Shown: positions 1-7,899 of the stretch, in pieces
Position numbering within the stretch: position 1 is the stretch's first letter
Layout: each line of letters opens with the position of its first letter
NCBI GenBank assembly: GCA_041946805.1
Contig: JBHGBC010000127.1
Span: 1 to 17,342, forward strand
Reading direction: 5' to 3'
From: a bacterium
Lineage (GTDB): Bacteria; Hinthialibacterota; Hinthialibacteria; Hinthialibacterales; Hinthialibacteraceae
DNA length: 17,342 nt
Notes under the pieces: generated by a model
Database searches by the model: none
What the model was told of the DNA's origin: nothing
The model's input: only the letters and a program-made list of their open reading frames with translations
Program-made: the position numbers and the translations under genes

Positions 1-29
1 TCCTCCTGGGATGATCCAGTTGTGATTCA

Positions 30-59
30 ATTATATTGCAGATAAAATACTGTTGTCAA
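30..59 (-). promoter_or_regulatory. Consensus sigma70 promoter for a gene starting just left of the window
   Basis: The minus strand reads TTGACA (59-54), an 18-nt spacer, then TATAAT (35-30). An AT-rich UP-like tract lies at about 60-125, and GGAGGA (Shine-Dalgarno) lies on the minus strand at 6-1. Confidence 0.8.
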
Positions 60-191
60 TCAAAAAATAAAAATTATCAAAATTAACTAATGAGATCAAA
101 ATAATCGACATATGTAACTAATAAATACGTTCTCCAACGGGTGCGTGATTTTGGATGGAATGAGCGGCCCCATTCGCCGTACTCCAGGGCA

Positions 192-224
192 CCCCTTACC
201 CTGGCCCTCTCCCAGAGGGAGAGG
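192..224 (+). repeat. BoxC-like ~33-nt palindromic intergenic repeat, copy 1
   Basis: ccccttaccctggccctctcccagagggagagg. It has a CCTCTCCC/GGGAGAGG stem and matches five other copies in the window. Confidence 0.9.
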
Positions 225-271
225 AAATTATTTTCGATTCATCCGGGAAGTGCCTTTACCCAAAACCCTAT

Positions 272-321
272 GCCCAGGGTTGAATCCCTGGACTATTTCA
301 AAGCCGTCCCCTGAAGAGGAC
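272..321 (-). repeat. Double-hairpin REP-like element (CCAGGG..CCCTGG type)
   Basis: Minus strand: gtcctc-ttca-ggggac hairpin, spacer, then atagtccaggg-attcaa-ccctgggc. The architecture is the same as at 8962-9005. Confidence 0.7.
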
Positions 322-530
322 TTCTTTTACCATGAAGCAACAGGATATACGCAATAAGTAGAGGGAATGCCTGGCCGCGGCGCCGGTCCCTTCGGCGGGA
401 TCCTGCACGCTGGCCGGGGAAGGCCATGAGTTTCCTTCGGTTTGGAGCAAGGAAATTGAAATCCGATTTTCCCCATCCTGTACGCACTGGCCGGATGAAC
501 TTTTTCCTCAACGGTCTGGGCGGATTGGAT

Positions 531-1292
531 TTATTCTTTATCCGCACCTTCGACCATGGGGACGAAGCGGACGGGAATGATTTGTTCCTTCTGAATCTTG
601 CCGTCCTTGTCCTTGGTGATGAGCATCAGTTCCTGGTTGACCGTACCGATGGGAATCACCATCCGGCCCCCCGGCTTCAACTGACCGATCAGTGCTTTGG
701 GAATTTCGGGCGGAGCGGCGGTCACCAGGATCTTGTCGAAGGGCGCTTTTTCCGGCCAGCCCTTATACCCATCGCCGGCCCGGACCTGGACTTTTTCGTA
801 TCCCAGGGATTTGAGCAGGTCCGCGGCCCGCTCCGCCAGGGACGCAATGATCTCCATCGTGTATACTTCCTGGCACAGCTCAGCCAGGACTGCCGCCTGG
901 TAACCGGATCCGGTTCCGATTTCCAACACCTTGTCAGAGGGCTGGGGATCCGCCAATTCGGTCATGAGCGCCACGATGTAGGGCTGCGAAATGGTTTGCT
1001 TTTTCCCGATGGGCAGCGGCCGGTCTTCGTAAGCGTGAGGAACCTGGTTGGAAGGAACGAACTTATGGCGTTCGACCTTCCTCATGGCGTCCAGCACCTG
1101 GGGATTTTTGACTCCGCGCCGTTCGATCTGCCAGGCCACCATGCGGTCGCGCATCTGCCGGAGCGCGTCCTCGCTGAGCCGCGACGAAGCGATATAATTC
1201 CATCCCGCCAGAATCAGGACGGAAATCATGCTGACCACGAGAACCACGGCCAGATTTTTGGTGGAGAGAACGGATTGGAAGGAAACCACCAT
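531..1292 (-). CDS. pcm: Protein-L-isoaspartate(D-aspartate) O-methyltransferase with N-terminal hydrophobic segment (253 aa)
   Basis: PCMT motifs are present: QTISQPYIVALM, VLEIGTGSGYQAAVLA, GDGYKGWPEKAPFDKILVTAA, QLKPGGRMVIPIG, VRFVPM. I moved the start from 1385 to ATG 1292, which has AGGAG upstream. Confidence 0.96.
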   Translation of the reverse strand: MVVSFQSVLSTKNLAVVLVVSMISVLILAGWNYIASSRLSEDALRQMRDRMVAWQIERRGVKNPQVLDAMRKVERHKFVPSNQVPHAYEDRPLPIGKKQTISQPYIVALMTELADPQPSDKVLEIGTGSGYQAAVLAELCQEVYTMEIIASLAERAADLLKSLGYEKVQVRAGDGYKGWPEKAPFDKILVTAAPPEIPKALIGQLKPGGRMVIPIGTVNQELMLITKDKDGKIQKEQIIPVRFVPMVEGADKE

Positions 1293-1375
1293 GAGCGTCT
1301 CCTTCTGTCGTTTCCAGCGTTTTGTGTTATTCTTTGTTACAAAAGTACCAATTCCTCGTAGTTGTCTATGCAATA

Positions 1376-1384
1376 AGTATAACA
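1376..1384 (-). promoter_or_regulatory. Possible extended -10 promoter for pcm
   Basis: The minus strand reads TGtTATACT about 85 nt upstream of the 1292 start. There is no clear -35. Confidence 0.35.
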
Positions 1385-1537
1385 CACGAGGAAAAAAACG
1401 ATCAGGGTATTTTTCGGAGCCCTCCCGCCGGTGAGGACATGAGGATGAGGCCGGTCGAGTTAGGGAAAACGCCGCCTTGATTCAGAAACTAAACGTATTC
1501 AATTCCCCAAAGGTAACCTCTTGTCCGTTGGAGTATT

Positions 1538-4264
1538 ATGGGTCGTGATCGAATTTTCCACTTTTTATGGATAATAAGCTTATGGGTGGTCCTGGCCGCT
1601 CCACCCGTGAAAGCCCAGACGCAGGCCTTGCCCCCGGTTCCCGACCGGGTACTAGCCGAGGCGCGGAAAGCCGGGCATCCGTTTTTGATGTTCAGCCGCG
1701 AGGGATTTCAACTGGTCCGGCAAAACATGATTCGCGATTTTTTTAATGATCGATCGAAAGAATTCGTGGAACGGGTGACCGGCTATTTCAATCCCGATTC
1801 ACCCTGGTTTCTGGGCGAGGGGCCGTTGGGGGAAGGGAAGGATTTCCACCCGATCCGGCTGAGCGAGGCCGATTTCGCTACCTACATCCAGATCTTGAGT
1901 GAGACGGTGGCCTTCGCAGGCATCGAAAAGCGGGATTGGGCGCAGAATGGACTGAAACGCGAAGTCACCCGCATCCTGGAGGATCTGCAAAGCGGAGAAG
2001 AGATCCCGCGGCCCGTCTTATCGGCCGCGCCGCTGACGAAACGGCAGACCTTTTTGTTCGCGGCCGGCCTGCTGGCCTACGACTGTGTATACGGCCGGTT
2101 CGATACCATCGACCGGCACGCGCCGAACAACCAGATCAACGGACTGCGAAGCCGGTTGTCCGCGTATGCCGCCGGGGTGAATCCGGAGGATCTGGAGCCC
2201 GGCGAGCGGCTGATCCTGGGAACCGCGCTGGGGTTGGCGTCGCTCTTTTGCGCCTCGATCTATCAGGCGGAATGGGCCAAAAACCAGCCGTTTCCCGTGC
2301 AGTCGCTGTTGCCGGATTTGTACCGCGCCGCCGGATTGACGCAAAGCGGCCTCCACGGCCTGGTTTCGGAGGACAACCGGCTGCTTCTCGCCCTGCCGGA
2401 ACTGGAACCCATGCTGCTGGTGGCCATTCCGTGGATGGAGTGCCTGACCCGGATGGGGTATCCGTACGGGCTTCAGGAGGGATTTTACGGACGAATCGTG
2501 CGCGCCTTCGAACTGCTCCAACTGCCGGCGCAATTCGTCATGGTTCAACCTTACACGCCCCCGCGGCAGCATGATCCCTGGATTCCCCGCCTGGTGACGC
2601 TGTTTCCCGATGTGGATCCCAATATGTACCCCGAATTGCAGAAAGACAACCAGCAGAAGACCGCCGGCGTTAAGCCCTTCGTTCCCTTCCAGTCCGCGGC
2701 CGAGGTGAGGTCCGCGACCGGCGGGGAGGACCGGTTCCAGATTCCCGCCGCGTGGCAAAACCGGCAGATCGACATCAACCGGGGAGGCAAGCCGATCAGC
2801 CTGCGCGAGGAACTCGAACGGTTCGGGTATCCCCAAAAAGCGCCGGCTCCGGTATGGGAGGCCACGCCGGAAGAATCCGCGCCGGACGCGGGATGGAAAG
2901 CGCCCACCGGACGCCCCGCGCCGTCGGTGTGGGGCAGCGTCTTTCTGCTGGCCGAACGCGACGATCCCAATTCGCGGGGCGGCGAGCTGTGGGAAGAATA
3001 TGGGATGGACCGGGACTCGCATCCCTACACGTTTTTCTATTATTCCGAGTTCCCGCTCACCGGATTCCAATCCCCGCGGGAACTTGTCTTGTCTCAATAT
3101 CCCGAAATCCAAACCTCGGTGTTGACCACCCGGACTACGCAAGGCGATTTTCTATTGGCCAGCCAGGCGGCCACCGCCCAGCTGATCATGCCGACCTACG
3201 CCATCGACCATGAAAGCTTCCTGCTGGCGGACAATTCCAGGGAATGGCGGTGGTTCCATGAAATACCTTCCAGCACGGAGGCCGTATCCGCCTCGCCTGG
3301 GGATTTTCCGAATTCGCCCAAACCCGCGCGGGAGACCGTGAATCCAGCCACGCCCTTGAACACGTCCCTGTTCAGCTGCTGGACCACGTACTCGCCCGCC
3401 GGCCGGACCGCCATCATCCGCCGGCACGTGGGGGGTGTAGGAAGCGGGTATACCCTCGTGGCCCATTTCCCCGATGCGGATCCCCAAGCCAAACAAGTGG
3501 AATACGTGGATTTTGCCATCCCCGGGAATGGACAGGGCGCGGGCGATCCCCAGACGCCGGGCCTGTACAAGGTCGTCCCCCCGAACGCGCAAAGCGGCCA
3601 ACAGGAAACGATGACCTTCAACCAATGGCAACGCCAGCGGCGGGCGGAACGGTTGAGCGGCGAGGTGACCTTGCCCACGGGTATTTTGAATATCCTGTTT
3701 TCTCCGGAAGCCGTGCGCCGGGCCGAAGCATCCACAGGCGTGCTGGGAGGGCTGTTGGAGGCGGAGTTGGCGGATCCCCGGAAACCCTTCTTTTACATAC
3801 TGGCCGTTGACCAGCCCGGGCGGGAAGTATTCAAAGTGAAATATCCCAACATCCCCCTGGAGGGAATGCGGATCATCGAGTGGACCCAGGGGATCGAAAT
3901 GGTGGCGATGAAAACCGGCGCCGGACTGAAAAATGTTTTTTTGCAGACGGACGCGGACTTGGCCGTGGTGATGCGCGACCGGAGCATGAAGGGATTGTTT
4001 TACTTGATGGTGAACGGCTCCTACCTGCAGTGCAAGTTTTCCCCGACGCAGCCAGAATATTTGCTCTTGGCCGATACCAAGAGCCGGAAGCTGACGGCGG
4101 CCTGGGCGTCGCGGCATCTTTATACCGACCAGGCCCCGCGGTCCGGCAGCGTTTTTTACGCGCCGGAGTTGATTGGTTTCGAGTGTCCCGGTACCGTGGT
4201 AAAATACGGTCTCAAGGGAAGGCAGGCCGTCGTATGGGAAAACGCCCCCCTCACCCAACGGTGA
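1538..4264 (+). CDS. Large exported protein (908 aa), probable degenerate heparinase II/III-like fold
   Basis: The ORF is long and has GGAG upstream and a signal peptide (FLWIISLWVVLAAPPVKA|Q). The segments HPFLMF, LLAYDCVY, IDHESFLL and QTDADLAVV..MVNGSYL echo heparinase II/III-family patterns by eye only. The CDS is confident and the product is tentative. Confidence 0.75.
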   Translation: MGRDRIFHFLWIISLWVVLAAPPVKAQTQALPPVPDRVLAEARKAGHPFLMFSREGFQLVRQNMIRDFFNDRSKEFVERVTGYFNPDSPWFLGEGPLGEGKDFHPIRLSEADFATYIQILSETVAFAGIEKRDWAQNGLKREVTRILEDLQSGEEIPRPVLSAAPLTKRQTFLFAAGLLAYDCVYGRFDTIDRHAPNNQINGLRSRLSAYAAGVNPEDLEPGERLILGTALGLASLFCASIYQAEWAKNQPFPVQSLLPDLYRAAGLTQSGLHGLVSEDNRLLLALPELEPMLLVAIPWMECLTRMGYPYGLQEGFYGRIVRAFELLQLPAQFVMVQPYTPPRQHDPWIPRLVTLFPDVDPNMYPELQKDNQQKTAGVKPFVPFQSAAEVRSATGGEDRFQIPAAWQNRQIDINRGGKPISLREELERFGYPQKAPAPVWEATPEESAPDAGWKAPTGRPAPSVWGSVFLLAERDDPNSRGGELWEEYGMDRDSHPYTFFYYSEFPLTGFQSPRELVLSQYPEIQTSVLTTRTTQGDFLLASQAATAQLIMPTYAIDHESFLLADNSREWRWFHEIPSSTEAVSASPGDFPNSPKPARETVNPATPLNTSLFSCWTTYSPAGRTAIIRRHVGGVGSGYTLVAHFPDADPQAKQVEYVDFAIPGNGQGAGDPQTPGLYKVVPPNAQSGQQETMTFNQWQRQRRAERLSGEVTLPTGILNILFSPEAVRRAEASTGVLGGLLEAELADPRKPFFYILAVDQPGREVFKVKYPNIPLEGMRIIEWTQGIEMVAMKTGAGLKNVFLQTDADLAVVMRDRSMKGLFYLMVNGSYLQCKFSPTQPEYLLLADTKSRKLTAAWASRHLYTDQAPRSGSVFYAPELIGFECPGTVVKYGLKGRQAVVWENAPLTQR

Positions 4265-4315
4265 AGGCGGCGGCATCCGGTCTCGCGTGAATGCCCCATC
4301 CTGGAGGAGAAGGAT

Positions 4316-5725
4316 ATGCCCAGCCAGTCGGAAATCGTATCGGCCTTGAAAAGTATGGTGGATCCCAGCCGGATTCTCTCGGATCCCGAGGATCTGATCA
4401 CCCATGCTTACGATGGAACGCCCAACCTCAACAGCACCCCGGCGGCCATCGCGCAATTGGTCAGCACGGAGGAGGTCTCCCGGGTCTTGCGCTGGGCGAA
4501 CGGGCACGGCGTGCCGGTAGTGCCGCGCGGCTCGGGCACGGGCCTCTCGGGCGGCAGCGTGCCCATCCAGGGCGGCCTGGTCATCAGCCTGGTGCGGATG
4601 AACCGGATCCTGGAAATCGACGAGGAGAACTTGACCATCCTCGCCGAGCCGGGTGTCATTACAGAAGATCTGGCCAAAGCGGCGGCCAGCCGGGGCTTGT
4701 TTTACCCGCCTGACCCGGGATCGATGAAAATCTCTACCATCGGCGGCAACGTGGTGGAAAATTCGGGCGGCCTGCGCTGTCTCAAGTACGGGGTAACCGA
4801 GGATTACGTGATGGGTCTGGAAATCGTGCTGCCGGATGGCGAGGTGATCTGGACCGGCAGCAAATCGAAGAAGGACGTGGCGGGATACAATCTCAAAAAG
4901 ATCTTCGTCAGCTCGGAAGGCACGCTGGGCATCATTACCAAGGTGCTGCTGCGGCTGATTCCACCGCCCCGGGCCACGAAAACCCTGCTGTCGTTCTACC
5001 CGGACATGGTCTCGGCCGGCCAGGCGGTGGCGGGGATCATCGCGGGCAAGATCATCCCCTGCGCGTTGGAGTTTTTGGACAACGTGACCATCAACTGCGT
5101 CGAGGACTACAGCCACATCGGCCTCCCGCGCGATGTCGGCGCGCTGCTGCTCATCCAGACGGACGGCCATCCCGCCCAGGTGGAGGAGGAGGCGGTGCTC
5201 ATCGAGAAAATCTGCAAGGACAACGGGGCTACCGAAGTGAAGGTCGCCCGCACACCCGAGGAAGGCGAGCAGTTGGCGCAGGCGCGGCGCATGGCCCTGG
5301 CTTCCCTGGCGCGGCGCAAACCTACCACCATTCTCGAGGACGCCACCGTGCCCCGCAACAAGGTCCCCGAAATGCTGGCGTTCATCGAGGCCATGCGGGA
5401 CAAGTACCGCCTGCAGATCGGCACCTTCGGCCATGCCGGCGACGGCAACCTGCATCCCACCTGCCTGACCGACGAGCGCGACAAGGAAGAAATGGAGCGC
5501 GTGGAACATTGCTTCGATGAAATCTTCCGCAAGGCCATCGAACTGGGCGGGACGGTGACCGGCGAGCATGGCGTGGGCTGCGTCAAGAGCAAGTATCTGC
5601 CGCTGCTGGTGGGCGAGGCGGGCATGAAGGTCATGCGGCGGGTTAAACAGATCTTCGATCCCAACGGCATCCTCAATCCCGGCAAGATTTTCGTCGACCG
5701 GCCTCACGAACCCGTGGGGGTGTGA
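4316..5725 (+). CDS. glcD: FAD-linked 2-hydroxyacid oxidoreductase (glycolate oxidase subunit GlcD / D-lactate dehydrogenase-like)
   Basis: FAD_binding_4 motifs: VVPRGSGTGLSGG, YPPDPGS, STIGGNVVENSGG, KYGVT, KDVAGYNL, SEGTLGIIT. FAD-oxidase_C motifs: FGHAGDGNLH, GEHGVG, FDPNGILNPGK. Strong SD (GGAGG). Confidence 0.93.
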   Translation: MPSQSEIVSALKSMVDPSRILSDPEDLITHAYDGTPNLNSTPAAIAQLVSTEEVSRVLRWANGHGVPVVPRGSGTGLSGGSVPIQGGLVISLVRMNRILEIDEENLTILAEPGVITEDLAKAAASRGLFYPPDPGSMKISTIGGNVVENSGGLRCLKYGVTEDYVMGLEIVLPDGEVIWTGSKSKKDVAGYNLKKIFVSSEGTLGIITKVLLRLIPPPRATKTLLSFYPDMVSAGQAVAGIIAGKIIPCALEFLDNVTINCVEDYSHIGLPRDVGALLLIQTDGHPAQVEEEAVLIEKICKDNGATEVKVARTPEEGEQLAQARRMALASLARRKPTTILEDATVPRNKVPEMLAFIEAMRDKYRLQIGTFGHAGDGNLHPTCLTDERDKEEMERVEHCFDEIFRKAIELGGTVTGEHGVGCVKSKYLPLLVGEAGMKVMRRVKQIFDPNGILNPGKIFVDRPHEPVGV

Positions 5726-5744
5726 GACGCGGGAAGGAATCCCG

Positions 5745-7175
5745 TTGAAACCGCGCTTTCCTCGTGAAGTGTTCCGCCATCATCCCCGTTTGGTCAATGC
5801 CTCCCTGGTTTTTATCTCCCTGGTTGCCACGTTGATCATCCTGGAAGGGGCATTCCGCGTTTATTTGATGTATTCCGACCCCAAGGAAGCGGAGCTTATC
5901 CGGAAATTTTCCGAAATCGCCGGGTCTGACGACACCCGGACGCAGTTGGAGCCGCATCCCTATCTTGCCTACGCCCCCGCTGCTATCCAATATGAAGGGG
6001 AGGGCATCCGGGTCCGCGGCCGGTTTTTTCCGAAGAAAAAAAACGCGGGCGTGATCCGGGTGGCGTGTTTGGGTGGATCCACCACCGCGCAGCAGTTCCC
6101 GCCCTATCTGGAGAAAATCCTGAACCGGTTTCCCGGCGATTCAACGTTCGAGGTGATGGATTTCGGCTGCAACGGGTGGACAATGATGGAATCCACCATC
6201 AACTACCTGATCCGGATCGCCGATTTCGCGCCCGACATCGTCCTGACGCATCACGGCGTCAACGACGGGCCGCCCCGCCTGTGGCCGGGATTCAAGCCGG
6301 ATTACTCGCATTTCCGGAAAACGTGGAACGAGCCGCCGCTGAATGAGTGGACCCGGAAAACCTTGTCCCAGAGTTGGTTGATGTCCCATCTCATGCGCCG
6401 CCTCGGCATGTCGGCCTATGACGTGCAGAATTTGACCATGCGCCGCGTGGGCCGGGACGAATTGCTCACCAATCCCCCGCCGGAAACCCTGGAGCCGTTC
6501 GCGCGCAACCTGCGCCTGCTCGGCGCCATGGTCCGCGCCACCGGCGGCCGGCTGCTGGTCGCGCCCATGCCTCATGACCGCTCCAAGGACACCCCGCGCG
6601 AGCACCGGCTGATCGAGGAATGCAACGCCGTCCAGCGCCGCGTGGCCCGGGAGTTGGGGCTGCGGCTGGCCGAGACCGATGGGTTGTTGCGGAACCATCC
6701 CGAGTGGTTCAAGGACATTTGCCACCTGGTGGACAACGGCAATTACCTCAAGGCCCAGGTCTATGCCCTGGTGATCTGGGACATGCTGGGCGGATACAAA
6801 GATCTGGGTGAAATGAATCCCGTGGCGCGCTTCGAGAAACCGGATGCGGAGAGTCCCGAGGGCCGCGACCTGGAATTGCGGTGGGAGTTGGATTCATCCC
6901 AGGTGAGGGAATTTCAAATCCATGTCCGCGTGGACCGCGAGAAGGCCTTTCGCTACATGGGCCGGACCTTCACGGGGGATGTGAAAACGTTCCGCTGGAA
7001 GGCGGGCGCGCCCGAACTTGCCCCGAGCCTCAAGGACGAGTTCCGCGCGGGGCCGCGGTTCGGCCATTTTTACACGTTCAAGGTGGCGGCGGTCAGCCGG
7101 GACGATCCCCCGCGGATCATCGGGCATCTCACCGGCCCGCCCGCCCTGCGGGTGTATGAACGGCCGTTGGAGTGA
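5745..7175 (+). CDS. Membrane-anchored SGNH/GDSL hydrolase with extra C-terminal beta-rich domain
   Basis: N-terminal TM helix (LVFISLVATLIILE). SGNH blocks: I VACLGGSTT, II DFGCNG, III HHGVND, V DICHL. The TTG start lies 19 nt after the glcD stop with AAGGA upstream; the exact start is uncertain. Confidence 0.85.
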   Translation: MKPRFPREVFRHHPRLVNASLVFISLVATLIILEGAFRVYLMYSDPKEAELIRKFSEIAGSDDTRTQLEPHPYLAYAPAAIQYEGEGIRVRGRFFPKKKNAGVIRVACLGGSTTAQQFPPYLEKILNRFPGDSTFEVMDFGCNGWTMMESTINYLIRIADFAPDIVLTHHGVNDGPPRLWPGFKPDYSHFRKTWNEPPLNEWTRKTLSQSWLMSHLMRRLGMSAYDVQNLTMRRVGRDELLTNPPPETLEPFARNLRLLGAMVRATGGRLLVAPMPHDRSKDTPREHRLIEECNAVQRRVARELGLRLAETDGLLRNHPEWFKDICHLVDNGNYLKAQVYALVIWDMLGGYKDLGEMNPVARFEKPDAESPEGRDLELRWELDSSQVREFQIHVRVDREKAFRYMGRTFTGDVKTFRWKAGAPELAPSLKDEFRAGPRFGHFYTFKVAAVSRDDPPRIIGHLTGPPALRVYERPLE

Positions 7176-7316
7176 GATTTCCAGCCCGGGATGGAGAGGG
7201 AAGGTTCTTCAATAACCAATGGGATGGGATTGCGCGGAACGCCGTTCAACTCGATGAGGAATGGTGGGTGGATTTTCTACCGGTAACGCTGGACCGGGAG
7301 GCGGAAGGGGGAGGCT

Positions 7317-7619
7317 TCAGCCGATCATTCCCACCCGCTCAAACTCGTTTTCTTGCAGGATGCGGCCCACGGCGGGATTGCATCCCAGGGCGTGGGTGTT
7401 GTACTTTCCCACCCCCGATTGTTCCAGGGCGGTGACCACGAAAGACACGCTGTCGGGAGAGATGGAGGCCAGGTTGGTGAAATCGAGAGTCAGTTTTTTG
7501 GGACGGATTTGGGCAAATTGTTGAATCTGACCGGCGAGCTCCATGCCGTCGGATCTCTTCATGATGCCCGAAATGCCGAACACGACCTCCTCCTGGGTTG
7601 CCGATACCTCCAGCCGCAT
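7317..7619 (-). CDS. STAS-like (anti-sigma factor antagonist-like) small protein (100 aa)
   Basis: The size and pattern fit a STAS fold: beta-beta-G, helix, 'KLTLDFTNLASI', helix, 'GCNPAVGRILQENEF'. ATG 7619 has AGGA upstream; the longer start at 7652 is also possible. Confidence 0.72.
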   Translation of the reverse strand: MRLEVSATQEEVVFGISGIMKRSDGMELAGQIQQFAQIRPKKLTLDFTNLASISPDSVSFVVTALEQSGVGKYNTHALGCNPAVGRILQENEFERVGMIG

Positions 7620-7811
7620 ACGCGCCACCGTCCTTTCCCTCCAGATTCCCATACCGGCTTAGAATACTGTTTTCCCGCGGCTTTGTGGAGTCTGTCTCTC
7701 CGGGGAATCAAAAAATCACGCTGGAGGCCGCGCCCCATCCGATCCTCTTCTCCCCGCCGGCCGTTTTCCATCCGGTTTAATACCCTGGTAACTCAATCCC
7801 TCACCCGTTTA

Positions 7812-7820
7812 TGGTATGAT
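7812..7820 (+). promoter_or_regulatory. Possible extended -10 promoter for the GTPase gene
   Basis: TGgTATGAT overlaps the ORF-track ATG at 7816, which favours the downstream GTG 7900 as the true start. Confidence 0.35.
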
Positions 7821-7899
7821 AAATCCGAACGGTGAGGACAAGGTTTGCATCCAGGACGATGCGCCTCCCCGGGGGATCCTGGCCACGAGGTCAAGCGCC

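Noticed and set aside
145..357. 70-aa ORF, and similar ORFs at 8802-9143, 11252-11455, 11575-11784 and 14053-14289
   Set aside because: These are translations through repeat elements (PSPRGRG, PLPEGEG, ILTIL), not genuine proteins.
426..1361. 311-aa plus-strand ORF
   Set aside because: It is antisense to pcm and has no recognisable features.
3152..5707. 851-aa minus-strand ORF
   Set aside because: It is the antisense shadow of the 908-aa gene and glcD. It has no motifs, and such ORFs are expected from GC-rich codon bias.
7816..7899. N-terminal extensions in the ORF track (GTPase from 7816, pcm from 1385, prepilin from 14083)
   Set aside because: The downstream starts have SD motifs and match family N-termini. 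The extensions look non-coding and some overlap putative promoters.
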